DNA of 64,000 bases from an uncultured Candidatus Micrarchaeota archaeon (GTDB lineage: Archaea > Micrarchaeota > Micrarchaeia > Micrarchaeales > Micrarchaeaceae), in contig CAVUGN010000002.1 in NCBI GenBank assembly GCA_963741095.1, forward strand, positions 96,001 to 160,000, read 5' to 3'. Position numbers and translations under genes: made by a program. The notes under the pieces are model-generated. The model ran no database searches. It worked only from the letters and a program-made list of their open reading frames with translations, and had not been told where the DNA came from. This document shows, piece by piece, positions 1 to 8,828 of the stretch. Numbering within the stretch: the stretch's first letter is position 1; each line of letters starts with the position of its first letter.

Positions 1-490
1 CAGTAGTGGCTATCGTGTTCCTCGAAACGCCAGTAAGGAGGTCCGATTCGTGCATAAGTATGCGCCCCCAGGTGATGTCATAGACGAGTCCGAGAGAGTC
101 AGTTGTAGGGTCTATTCCAAGCGGCAGGGAGTTGTGGATCGTCAGGGCTATCTTGCCTCCGATCTTCCTTATGGCTGCGACATTGTCGCCAAAATATTGA
201 TACCTATTGTTTATGTGGTAAAGATCGCAATGCACCTTCTTTATTGCGTGATTTAGCCCCCTCATTGTGATGAACGGCAACGGTGCCACAGGTATGTCTA
301 CGTGCGTCGATCTCAATCGGTGTACCGTAATGCCCTCTATCTCTTCCACAATGCTCTTCGATCTGGGAGGTGCGGAAGTGATAACCGTGATGTTATGGTG
401 TTTGGCCATCCTTCGGTATATCTCAAACAACACCTTTTCAGTACCCCCATTGTATGGGTAGAAAAACTGGTTGAGCACGCATATATCCAT
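1..490 (-). CDS. GT4-family glycosyltransferase (5' part; runs off the left edge)
   Basis: Not in the ORF track. Manual translation from ATG at 490 gives MDICVLNQFFYPYNGGTEKVLFEIYRRMAKHHNITVITS...LYHINN...ALTIHN, a typical GT4 N-terminal domain (FYPxxGGxE; TxH). The frame is open to position 1. Confidence 0.88.
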   Translation of the reverse strand, partial: MDICVLNQFFYPYNGGTEKVLFEIYRRMAKHHNITVITSAPPRSKSIVEEIEGITVHRLRSTHVDIPVAPLPFITMRGLNHAIKKVHCDLYHINNRYQYFGDNVAAIRKIGGKIALTIHNSLPLGIDPTTDSLGLVYDITWGRILMHESDLLTGVSRNTIATT

Positions 491-678
491 GGGTAACACT
501 TACGAATAATATCAAGTCCATGAATGATGGTCGGACCCAAAATAAAAAGCTTTGCACACGAATTTTGGCACTGAACTGGCGCGTGCGGGGCCGTGAATAT
601 TAGGTATCCGGCTCTGGCTACTGGTCCGGAATGACAAAATGTCCGCGTTTTTTAAGTTTTTTTCTGAAGAATAATGGT

Positions 679-716
679 GTGAAACCGTTTCACCTATACG
701 TATAAATAGGGTTTCA
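679..716 (+). promoter_or_regulatory. Palindromic candidate operator around the TATA box of the sulfatase-like gene
   Basis: Perfect GTGAAAC-C-GTTTCAC at 679-693, TATAAATA at 701-708, and a further GGTTTCA half-site at 710-716, about 20 nt before the start codon. Confidence 0.45.
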
Positions 717-730
717 GCCACTGGGTAGTG

Positions 731-2152
731 ATGAAAAATATAGTCGTCCTGCTAGTAGACACTATCAGGGCTGGAGATACCAGTGCAAATTCGCATATCA
801 GTACCATGAACTATCTGGCGCGCAACGGCACCAACTACACGAACGCCATATCTCCTGGCACATGGACAGCACCGACCCACGCGTCCCTCTTCGTAAACCA
901 GCCGGTCTCAAAAATAAGCAATGTTTCGAAGGACTTCTTCAACAACGGCGCGTACAAGATAGATCCGTGGATGGTAAAGACAAAATTCCTCGAAAGCGAT
1001 GCCACCACCATAGTGCAGAAGATGCACGACCTCGGCTATTATTCCATGTTGTTCTCAAACAATCCCTTCCTGTCTAGTTACACGAACTTGGCATTGGGAT
1101 TCGACAGGATCTACGACCTATGGATGAACTCCAACCTGAAGTACAACAAGTCGCTGGTAAACAAACTGTCCGCGATAATCAATGGCGGTGCAACGGCAAG
1201 GATGGCGATGTACCGAACGAGCCATCTGATGACATCAATGCTGCCCAAGCATGTGCTTGACGGGCTTTACATGAACCTGAGGAACCGGCTTGCAGACGGC
1301 GTGGCCGATGCGGACGGCAGCTTCAGGCTTGACAGGGGCGCCAGGGACGCGAACAAGGCCCTGGAGAGGCACCTTACCTACGAGTACAACTACAAGCCGA
1401 GCTTCATATTCGTCAACTACATAGAAGGTCATGAGAACTATCCGATAAGCAGGAGGTCCAACCTGCGCCAGGACAAGTGGATCTACCTGAGCGGCATCGA
1501 GGAGATGACGCCAGAGGTGATGGGCAAGTTCCACAACGGGTATCTTAAGAGATTGAGCTACCTCGATGGCAGGGTGAAGGATGCGATAAGTATTCTCAAG
1601 AGTAAGGGTCTCCTCGAAGACGCCACTGTCGTCGTCACGTCAGATCACGGACAGTCCTTCGGCGAGCACGGGATGCTGTACCATTCAATGTTCCCTTACC
1701 AGGAGATATCGCACGTGCCCCTGATAGCTGCCAACTACGAGAACGGCAAAATCGTGAAGGTGAGAGACAGGGTCGAGGAGCCGGTCAGCATACTGGCGCT
1801 GCACAGATCGCTGCTGGATCTCGCTACGGGCAAGGAGGAATACCTTAACGGAAACATGCGAAGGGGGAAATGCCTGATAAGCGAGCACACCGGCATATGC
1901 GAAGGCTGGGACGAGAACTTCCTGCGCATGCTGAAGCCGAGGGCGAAGAGTGCGGAATTGATATACAACGCCAAGAGCAGGTTCAACATGAAAGTGACTG
2001 CGGTCTACAAGGATAACATGAAGCTGCTTCACTATTTCGGAAAGAAGAAGGACGAGTTGTACGATCTGGCAAGAGATCCTGGCGAGTCGGAGAACCTCAT
2101 AGTCAGCAAGCGCGAAGTGGCGAGCGAGCTGCTTCACTCAACAGCGTCGTAA
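731..2152 (+). CDS. Sulfatase-like hydrolase/transferase (alkaline phosphatase superfamily)
   Basis: NIVVLLVDTIR, SPGTWTAPTHASLF, VVTSDHGQSFGEHG and ELYDLARDPGESENL motifs. Confidence 0.85.
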   Translation: MKNIVVLLVDTIRAGDTSANSHISTMNYLARNGTNYTNAISPGTWTAPTHASLFVNQPVSKISNVSKDFFNNGAYKIDPWMVKTKFLESDATTIVQKMHDLGYYSMLFSNNPFLSSYTNLALGFDRIYDLWMNSNLKYNKSLVNKLSAIINGGATARMAMYRTSHLMTSMLPKHVLDGLYMNLRNRLADGVADADGSFRLDRGARDANKALERHLTYEYNYKPSFIFVNYIEGHENYPISRRSNLRQDKWIYLSGIEEMTPEVMGKFHNGYLKRLSYLDGRVKDAISILKSKGLLEDATVVVTSDHGQSFGEHGMLYHSMFPYQEISHVPLIAANYENGKIVKVRDRVEEPVSILALHRSLLDLATGKEEYLNGNMRRGKCLISEHTGICEGWDENFLRMLKPRAKSAELIYNAKSRFNMKVTAVYKDNMKLLHYFGKKKDELYDLARDPGESENLIVSKREVASELLHSTAS

Positions 2153-2162
2153 GCACCCATCA

Positions 2163-2966
2163 TCACGCACCGTTGATACTCTTCACGTAGGTCTGCTGGC
2201 ACGCGCCTGCGTTGCCTATACTGGCAAGCCCCGTCCTGCAGATGTAAGCGGTGAATATGTTCGCGCTTCCTATCAGCGCCTGTGATACCGGCGAGTTCGT
2301 ATCGTTCAGTTGCGCTATTATCTGCGCCCAGTTGCTGCTCTGTATGGACTGCGGCGTAGCCATTGGGCCGACCAGTATGCTCTTATTCCCAAAAACGGTG
2401 AATGGTATGTTGCCGCTCTTGTCGTATTCTTTCATCAACGCCATCTGCAGCGGATCAGGGGTGCTCAGTACATTGCCATTGATGTCTGCCGTTTCGACTG
2501 GGTCAAAATAAACGCTGTCGCTGACATAGCTTGAATTCTCGAAGGTGAAGGTAGCTGTGCTCGCATACACATCGTGGGCACCAGACTGCATGTACTTCAA
2601 TCCGGTGAAGTTCCCGAACCGCATGAGTGCTATTACGAGGCCCCACCGGTTTATGGCGCAATATGGGCAGAAGTCCGCGCCGATGTACACGACCCCGACC
2701 TTTCCGTTGACGACCAGCGCAGTGGAGTTGTTTATCGACAGTGGATAATTGGGATTGCCGCCATTGGCAGTGCTGCCGACGCCGACGTTGTCAGCCAGCA
2801 CATCGTTCATCGCTATTGTCTTCAGCTGCGAGAGTTGCGCGTTGCTAACCGGAGTGCCGATCTGACCGCTGACGGGCATGCTCCCGGACGACATGAACAC
2901 GTAACCAATCGCTATTACGACGATTATGACTACCACTATTATCGCATACCTGATGTTTTTTTCCAC
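2163..2966 (-). CDS. DUF929-type membrane-anchored thioredoxin-like protein
   Basis: N-terminal TM helix and YIGADFCPYCAINRWGLVIALMRFGNF (CxxC). Start placed at GTG 2966, because the longer ORF in the track overlaps tRNA-Trp. Confidence 0.75.
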   Translation of the reverse strand: MEKNIRYAIIVVVIIVVIAIGYVFMSSGSMPVSGQIGTPVSNAQLSQLKTIAMNDVLADNVGVGSTANGGNPNYPLSINNSTALVVNGKVGVVYIGADFCPYCAINRWGLVIALMRFGNFTGLKYMQSGAHDVYASTATFTFENSSYVSDSVYFDPVETADINGNVLSTPDPLQMALMKEYDKSGNIPFTVFGNKSILVGPMATPQSIQSSNWAQIIAQLNDTNSPVSQALIGSANIFTAYICRTGLASIGNAGACQQTYVKSINGA

Positions 2967-3049
2967 AATCTCTACCCCTATAATCAGACAAAATAATTTT
3001 GATAGCAAAATATAATAACGCCCGTCTCGTATAACAATCCAGGCAAAGA

Positions 3050-3182
3050 GGGGTTGTAGCGTAACCTGGCAGCGCGGCGGGCTCCAGATGTTTAAAAAAT
3101 TTGAGCTAACGCGATGATGAGGATCTGGAATTACAATACATGAAGTAACCTGCAAGTCTGGGTTCAAATCCCAGCAACCCCA
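3050..3182 (+). tRNA. trnW: tRNA-Trp(CCA) with a 60-nt intron at 37/38 (3088-3147)
   Basis: Acceptor GGGGTTG/CAACCCC+A; anticodon stem GCGGG/CCTGC; loop CT-CCA-G|A; T arm CTGGG-TTCAAAT-CCCAG. The splice junction is a relaxed BHB (CTCC/GAAG, one mismatch). Confidence 0.93.
3088..3147 (+). ncRNA. Intron-encoded box C/D guide RNA, partly degenerate
   Basis: D' TTGA (3101-3104), GC-TAAC-GC mini-stem, C' ATGATGA (3114-3120), then guide ATCTGGAATT antisense to the tRNA's own anticodon loop. The D-box position reads ACAA. Confidence 0.6.
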
Positions 3183-3379
3183 GACAGTATATCTTACGAC
3201 GACAGAAGTGAGCCTGTCGTGTATGTATGAGATATGAACTCCAGGTCGGAATTGGGGACATGATGAATAGCAGATAGTCGAATCCTTACGTCTACTTAAT
3301 GTTTTGCATAATTCTGAATAAAGTTAACACAGTTTTTTTATAATATCTTATACAAGAATAAAATGAACTTGGTGGGATT

Positions 3380-3775
3380 ATGGCTAAAGGCAAGTCTGAT
3401 TTAATGGGATCTAGCAAGGCGGCTGCGTATATAGCAAAATGCCCGAAGGACGTACAAGGTAAACTAAGAAGAATTAGAGCCGCGATACGGAAAGTAGCGC
3501 CTGATGCTACTGAACGCACGGATTATTTTCAAATACCTGGATACTCCTATGAAGGTTATGATTACGATGGAATGTTTGTCTGGTTCAGCTTTAAGGAACC
3601 GTATATACGCCTACACTTACGTCCCCCAGTAATACAAGACTATAAAAAGGAACTTGCAGGTTATGCTACAACAAAAGGTATTCTTAGTTTCCCAGCAGGC
3701 GGAGAGATACCAATAGCACTAGTGAAGAAGCTTGTGAAGGCAAGTTTAAAGGTAATGAAAGACAAGTCCAAGTAA
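3380..3775 (+). CDS. DUF1801/YdhG-like protein
   Basis: AAYIAKCP..VQGKLRRIRAAIRKVAPDATE and YATTKGILSFP...IPIALVKKLVK match the YdhG-like pattern. Confidence 0.8.
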   Translation: MAKGKSDLMGSSKAAAYIAKCPKDVQGKLRRIRAAIRKVAPDATERTDYFQIPGYSYEGYDYDGMFVWFSFKEPYIRLHLRPPVIQDYKKELAGYATTKGILSFPAGGEIPIALVKKLVKASLKVMKDKSK

Positions 3776-3926
3776 CGCTTGTGGATCGCGCTGCGCAGTA
3801 TTATTTTATATATTTAATCATACAAAGCCCAATTGCAAGTAAAGGCCACTATCTCCAACCCCAAAGCATATTCCTATATCAATTTTTGGTTCGAAAGATA
3901 GTGAGGAAGCAGACATATGATCTAGT

Positions 3927-4289
3927 ATGGGTGATTTATTGCAACCAGATCCGAATAACGAATACTTAAAAAAAGAACAATATACTGATGACAAGTTAAC
4001 GGACATAGTGGAATATATAGAAAATCAGGAATTTCTTAGGGTTATAGCACGCTACCAAATACTGATAAGCGTATTGCTCGCCATGTTCGCCTTCTTCTTG
4101 GGGGCTGGTGATTACTATATTGCAGGTACTTTTGTTGTCCTCGCAATTATTACCTTTTGGATATACGAGAAAGAATGGGACAAAATTAAGGAAAAGCACC
4201 GGAAGATGGTGTACGAGCAGAACAAACGAAGGACAAATAGGTCGTACAAAAATGAACAGCGAATAAAAAGGAATGACAGCCTAAAATAA
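3927..4289 (+). CDS. Hypothetical two-TM membrane protein
   Basis: 120-aa ORF with two hydrophobic helices and a charged tail, in AT-rich DNA. Confidence 0.55.
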   Translation: MGDLLQPDPNNEYLKKEQYTDDKLTDIVEYIENQEFLRVIARYQILISVLLAMFAFFLGAGDYYIAGTFVVLAIITFWIYEKEWDKIKEKHRKMVYEQNKRRTNRSYKNEQRIKRNDSLK

Positions 4290-4497
4290 AGTTACTTGAA
4301 AGAATATAAGGGATATTAGAAAAGAACAGAAGAGGCGACTACACTTCTGAATTATGTAGTCACCCACTTTTACCATCAAACAAACGTTTATACTCCTGTT
4401 TCCCCTACCAAAGTAAATAAGGCTACCCAATAATATACTTGCAATCTAAATCCTCTTCTATTTCTATTCGTTCCGGATTTCTTATATTCGGTGCTAT

Positions 4498-5064
4498 CTA
4501 AGTCTTAGTTCTTAAGGCAATACTTTTTATCCTAACTTTTTTAGACTCGGTATCAAACTCAGAAACCATCACGGTTTTTACAACAAAATTTCTAGCAAAA
4601 GCAAAATTCCTATACTCTTTGATGGTACGACAAAAGTCCTTTTTATTCAACTCACCATGCGTTATGGTGATATGCGGGACAAATCTTCTACCTTCTTGTT
4701 CTGCCGATTCTGGGAATTCCCTATCCACCAAACCCTTAAGTGCGGTTAGTCTTCCACTAGCTTTAACTTTTAAGTATATCACAAAATTGCGCTTTCGTGA
4801 TGCATCCAATTTCATAAAATATCCTACTCCCTCCACATCCAACGCAAATGGCGCGGTTTTGGCTGCCAAATTTTCTACTCTATCTATTACTGTTTTAAAA
4901 TTTTCTTTACGGCTGCGTACCTCCAAGATTGTGATATGCGGGCCCTTATATCCCTTCAAGTCGCGGTAGACTTTGTATTTCTTAGAAAAATTCTTAATAA
5001 TCTGAAAAATCTCATCCTGCACTTTTTTATCTGGTTGCAACCAAAGTGAAATTACTTTTTCCAT
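4498..5064 (-). CDS. 2H phosphoesterase (2'-5' RNA ligase / cyclic phosphodiesterase family)
   Basis: Two HxT motifs, GPHITI and VPHITI, with typical spacing. Confidence 0.82.
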   Translation of the reverse strand: MEKVISLWLQPDKKVQDEIFQIIKNFSKKYKVYRDLKGYKGPHITILEVRSRKENFKTVIDRVENLAAKTAPFALDVEGVGYFMKLDASRKRNFVIYLKVKASGRLTALKGLVDREFPESAEQEGRRFVPHITITHGELNKKDFCRTIKEYRNFAFARNFVVKTVMVSEFDTESKKVRIKSIALRTKT

Positions 5065-5087
5065 GACGAGGATCAACCCATAATAGT

Positions 5088-5243
5088 TTAATGCGAGTTG
5101 AAGTGCATCTCAACAAATCCAGCAATAAAAAGTACTATGGCAACCACTAATAGCAGCCATCTAGCTTGGGGAGATATGTTGATCAAAAAGCAGATAAAGA
5201 AGACAGTGCCTGCGATGACCGCCCCCATCCCCAATTCTCCCAT
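5088..5243 (-). CDS. Small two-TM protein (51 aa), possibly a fragment
   Basis: Not in the track. MGELGMGAVIAGTVFFICFLINISPQARWLLLVVAIVLFIAGFVEMHFNSH, co-oriented with and 24 nt upstream of the 2H gene. Confidence 0.4.
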   Translation of the reverse strand: MGELGMGAVIAGTVFFICFLINISPQARWLLLVVAIVLFIAGFVEMHFNSH

Positions 5244-5422
5244 GAAAGTGATTGTCACCCAAACTATAAAATAACGGTGTTAACGGCTCTTATCATCTAA
5301 TGGGTGCTCATACCCCTCATTTTCCCCTGCGAGAGCAAACCTTAAATATCTAATAACACACGACAATAATCTACCGATTCGCCTAATAAGATAAAATCAG
5401 CCAATCGATTTTACCGGATTTT

Positions 5423-6679
5423 ATGATAACCAATAGTTCAAACGAGCATGTCCTCTCAAAGGCCATGATAACCGACTACTATCTTTCTAACCCCCCGCTT
5501 CAACCGAAAAGTGCCATTGCACATTATGTAAGGGATAATGGCATACTAGTACCAACCATATACGAAAGTCTGAAAGAAGCCATGAAAGCTCTCCGCCGGG
5601 GCGAGAGATTTATTGCAAGAAGCGAACATCCTGGAGACTACGCTAACAAATCCAACGCATCCGGGCTTCTTCCCAGCGAAAACCTGGGCAGATACGAATC
5701 AACGCTCTTCGAAAAAAGAAATACTCTAGAACGGTATCTCAACATCATTCTCAAGAAAAATAGCCGCTTTGATGGTGCGGACCTGAAAGAGCTCATAATA
5801 TTTGACCCGAAAAACGATTCCTCGTTGGCCGAAATGAATCAGTATTGTGCGCTATCAAATCGTGATTTTGCTGAATTCGTGAACGAGATTACCTTCTCAT
5901 TCTGGAAGCTGCTCGACGGATTCAATTGGAGAGTCATTGCAGACTCTTCCATCAAAGGAAAGTACCACATATTCACGACGTGGGGCATTCCTGGTGGAAA
6001 AAGCTCAAATTACACCATATTCCAGGATGGAAAGCAGACCACGTACTCTGATACACTGCCACAAGAGATGAGCAATAACATCCCTAAGATGATATCCTTC
6101 TACGAGATGGTAAGAACTCTGGAACGGTTTGATCCATTCAACTGCCCTACTATCGAAGGGCAGACCTTCGAGGGCAAAAACTATTTCCTGCAGTACCTTC
6201 TCGGGCGGAAATTCAATCCCCCAAAATTTGTACTTGATAGAGCACCAGAAAAAGATGAAAGGGAGGCACTTTTCATAAGGGGCGCTACCCCCGAGTCAGG
6301 CATACACTGCAATATCGTGTACCACTATGCCTGGTTCTTTGGCTTTGGCAAACCAGATATCAACAAACATGAGGACGGCTCATTCGATCTTCACACAAAT
6401 TCGTCATTCTCTGAACTTATGGTCCGAAACAGAACAATGCAACTGATTGATGCCCATGGATCCCCTCTTGAGGACGTACTAAAGATGGTGGCAGACGGAC
6501 ACCACTCCTATTCAAAGATTTTCAAGCCAGAGATCTATGCAGTAATAAGGCTGGGCGACTATTATCCAAGGAATGAGCGCAGCATAATGCTAAAAAACAT
6601 TTACGAAACCAAATCAGACGCCATGGTGCAGTTGTACGCCATATCCGATGGAAATCGGGCGTACCTCAGAAGAGACTGA
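5423..6679 (+). CDS. Hypothetical protein with weak PEP-synthase/PPDK N-terminal ATP-grasp-like motifs
   Basis: 418 aa. FIARSEHPGDY..SNASGLLPS and PTIEGQTFEGKNYFLQY resemble the VRSS..ED...SFAG..S and DIEW.....LYILQ motifs. Confidence 0.5.
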   Translation: MITNSSNEHVLSKAMITDYYLSNPPLQPKSAIAHYVRDNGILVPTIYESLKEAMKALRRGERFIARSEHPGDYANKSNASGLLPSENLGRYESTLFEKRNTLERYLNIILKKNSRFDGADLKELIIFDPKNDSSLAEMNQYCALSNRDFAEFVNEITFSFWKLLDGFNWRVIADSSIKGKYHIFTTWGIPGGKSSNYTIFQDGKQTTYSDTLPQEMSNNIPKMISFYEMVRTLERFDPFNCPTIEGQTFEGKNYFLQYLLGRKFNPPKFVLDRAPEKDEREALFIRGATPESGIHCNIVYHYAWFFGFGKPDINKHEDGSFDLHTNSSFSELMVRNRTMQLIDAHGSPLEDVLKMVADGHHSYSKIFKPEIYAVIRLGDYYPRNERSIMLKNIYETKSDAMVQLYAISDGNRAYLRRD

Positions 6680-6783
6680 ATGGGGCGCATGGCAACTGGT
6701 TTCCTGTTTGCTTTTGCCTTCTACCCGTTCCAATTGGGCAAGAAGTAAATAACCTTCCAGACATATTGTAAATCGCGGTTTGC

Positions 6784-7677
6784 ATGCTAGAAAAATTAAT
6801 AAGTCTCCTTGTTCTTTCCGTGACGCTCTCACAGCAGGCAATTTACGGTGTAGCTCTCGGGGCGGTGCAAGGCATCTCAGAATGGCTGCCGATAAGCAGC
6901 AAGACCCAGATAATAATACTCGCAACGTACCTGCTACACCTGTCATTCAACGACGCCTACACCTTCGGGCTCTTCATGGAGATTGGCACGATATTTGCCG
7001 CGATAATCTACTTCCGCAAGGAAGTCGTCTCGATGATAATGAGCGTATTCGGCAAGGGTGGCAAAGAGGCAAGGTTCCTGCTCAAGTATGTCGTGATATC
7101 GACAATATTCACGGGAATCGTAGGCAGCGTGCTCTATCTGTATGTCAAATCGTTGCAAGGCACGTACAACGTCGGCATACCGATGCTCATCCTCGGGGTA
7201 ATACTGATCGGCGATGCGATTTTCATAAAATACTCCAGATCGAAGTATGCAAAGAACGCCAACAGAAGGACCGTGGAACAGATGGGCTTCAAGGATTATG
7301 CGATAGTCGGCATCGTACAGGGCATAGCAGCGTTGCCGGGAGTCAGCAGATCCGGAACAACAACCAGCGCGCTTTTGCTCCTCAACGTGGAAACTGACGA
7401 GGCGTTCAGGCTTTCATTCATAAACATGATATTAGCAACAAGCGGCGCGGTTCTGCTCACACTGGTTGTGAGCAAGGCCTCGGTATACTCGAGCATAGCT
7501 GCGTTAGGCATCTACGGGCTGCTGATATCAATAGTGGTTGCGACGCTCATAAGCCTGGCCTTCATAGGATTTCTGTTAAAAATTGCGAAGAAATCCAGCA
7601 TAATCTACCTGATATCTGCGCTGGGCATAATCGCAATCCTAGGCGGCGTGCTCGCCGCGTTGTACGGGGCCGCATAA
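6784..7677 (+). CDS. uppP: Undecaprenyl/polyprenyl-diphosphate phosphatase (BacA/UppP)
   Basis: VQGISEWLPISS and QGIAALPGVSRSGTT signature motifs; multiple TM helices. Confidence 0.92.
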   Translation: MLEKLISLLVLSVTLSQQAIYGVALGAVQGISEWLPISSKTQIIILATYLLHLSFNDAYTFGLFMEIGTIFAAIIYFRKEVVSMIMSVFGKGGKEARFLLKYVVISTIFTGIVGSVLYLYVKSLQGTYNVGIPMLILGVILIGDAIFIKYSRSKYAKNANRRTVEQMGFKDYAIVGIVQGIAALPGVSRSGTTTSALLLLNVETDEAFRLSFINMILATSGAVLLTLVVSKASVYSSIAALGIYGLLISIVVATLISLAFIGFLLKIAKKSSIIYLISALGIIAILGGVLAALYGAA

Positions 7678-7702
7678 TGCCGAACTTCAGACTGGCATAC
7701 CC

Positions 7703-8503
7703 TTAATTATTAACAAGATCGAACGGTACCGCCGGCGGCCTTTCCCTCCTTTTTACAAGCGCGTATACCACTACAATTATCACAATGCCAATCACTACGT
7801 ATGGCAAGATGCTGCCTACGGAGAAAGAGCTGTTCGTTGATGCTATTGTCGTTGTTGCGAGAACCGTCGTGGAAGCCGCTGCTGTTGTCGTGAGCACCGT
7901 CGCAATAGTGGTGCCCGGCGCTGTCGTAGTAGAGACCGGAATCGTCGTTGTATTTAAACTTCCGGCCTTGATAACATCAAAAGTCAAAATCGCCAGAAGC
8001 GCGGTGTTGGATGCGGCATCTGATTGATTTAAGAATAAGCCCAATCTGAAATCATTGCCCAATAATGCGGCCGGGCTTGCATTGATCGTAAGTACACCCG
8101 AAAAAGGCGCGGTCCCCGAAGCTTTGCTCAGGTTGATTGTCAGACCTTTTTTCATAAATCCAATATGGTGAACCCAAACCGTGACATTCGAGGTATTTTT
8201 ATCAAAACTGTTGTTGATTGTGTAATCTACATTCGCACTGCCCCCTGCAATAATTTTTAGGTAGTCCCTTGAGAACGTTGTGTTTTGCGCCATCGGTATT
8301 CCTACCGTCGATATTGTTGTCGTAGTAGTAATAACGGTGGTACTTGACTGGGTCGTTGTCAGAGGGGCGCTTGAAATTGTTGTGGTAGGCGCCGCCATAA
8401 CGGCATGCGTATTGGAAGCCAGCATCATCAATGCGAAAAGCAATATTGCCGCACAGAATAGCTCACGTAATGCCACCGTCTCACTAAGATTTCTTAACTG
8501 CAA
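7703..8503 (-). CDS. Secreted Thr-rich surface protein with C-terminal TM anchor
   Basis: Signal-like N-terminus, two poly-Thr linkers around a beta-rich domain with N-x-S/T sequons, and a C-terminal TM followed by KRR. Confidence 0.7.
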   Translation of the reverse strand: MQLRNLSETVALRELFCAAILLFALMMLASNTHAVMAAPTTTISSAPLTTTQSSTTVITTTTTISTVGIPMAQNTTFSRDYLKIIAGGSANVDYTINNSFDKNTSNVTVWVHHIGFMKKGLTINLSKASGTAPFSGVLTINASPAALLGNDFRLGLFLNQSDAASNTALLAILTFDVIKAGSLNTTTIPVSTTTAPGTTIATVLTTTAAASTTVLATTTIASTNSSFSVGSILPYVVIGIVIIVVVYALVKRRERPPAVPFDLVNN

Positions 8504-8599
8504 AGGAATATAACTCTTTTTTAAGGCCGGTTACCTGGAAAACCATAGAAAGCCTTGGAAAGGCAAATGCATATCAAGGTTTGATCTTCAAATCAGACC

Positions 8600-8824
8600 A
8601 TGCGAATAAACGTTACGGTAACCCCGAATGCCCGGATTCCCGTCATCGTGAAAGGAGAAGACGGCAGCTACCGGGTGAAGGTAAATGCTCGTGCATCGGA
8701 CGGCAAAGCGAACATCCGCCTGATAGAAATGCTTGCAGACCACTTCAACGTCTCAAAATCACACGTGCGGATACTAAAAGGCCTTAGCAGCAGAAGCAAG
8801 ATCGTGGAGGTCATTGATGCCTAA
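8600..8824 (+). CDS. DUF167 (YggU/UPF0235) protein
   Basis: VTPNAR...VKVNARASDGKAN...ILKGLSSRSKIVEV. Confidence 0.9.
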   Translation: MRINVTVTPNARIPVIVKGEDGSYRVKVNARASDGKANIRLIEMLADHFNVSKSHVRILKGLSSRSKIVEVIDA

Positions 8825-8828
8825 TCAA

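Noticed and set aside
3260-3317. Possible stand-alone box C/D sRNA (ATGATGA ... CTGA)
   Set aside because: The spacing is plausible, but no convincing C'/D' boxes, terminal stem or identifiable target; likely chance in AT-rich DNA.
4283-4420. Possible glycoside-hydrolase pseudogene remnant (ILEKNRRGDYT...KRLY..FPYQ)
   Set aside because: Too short, interrupted by stops and lacking diagnostic residues; cannot be supported without a search.
3160-6790. attL/attR pair for an element integrated at tRNA-Trp
   Set aside because: No repeat of the tRNA 3' end and no integrase were found by eye.
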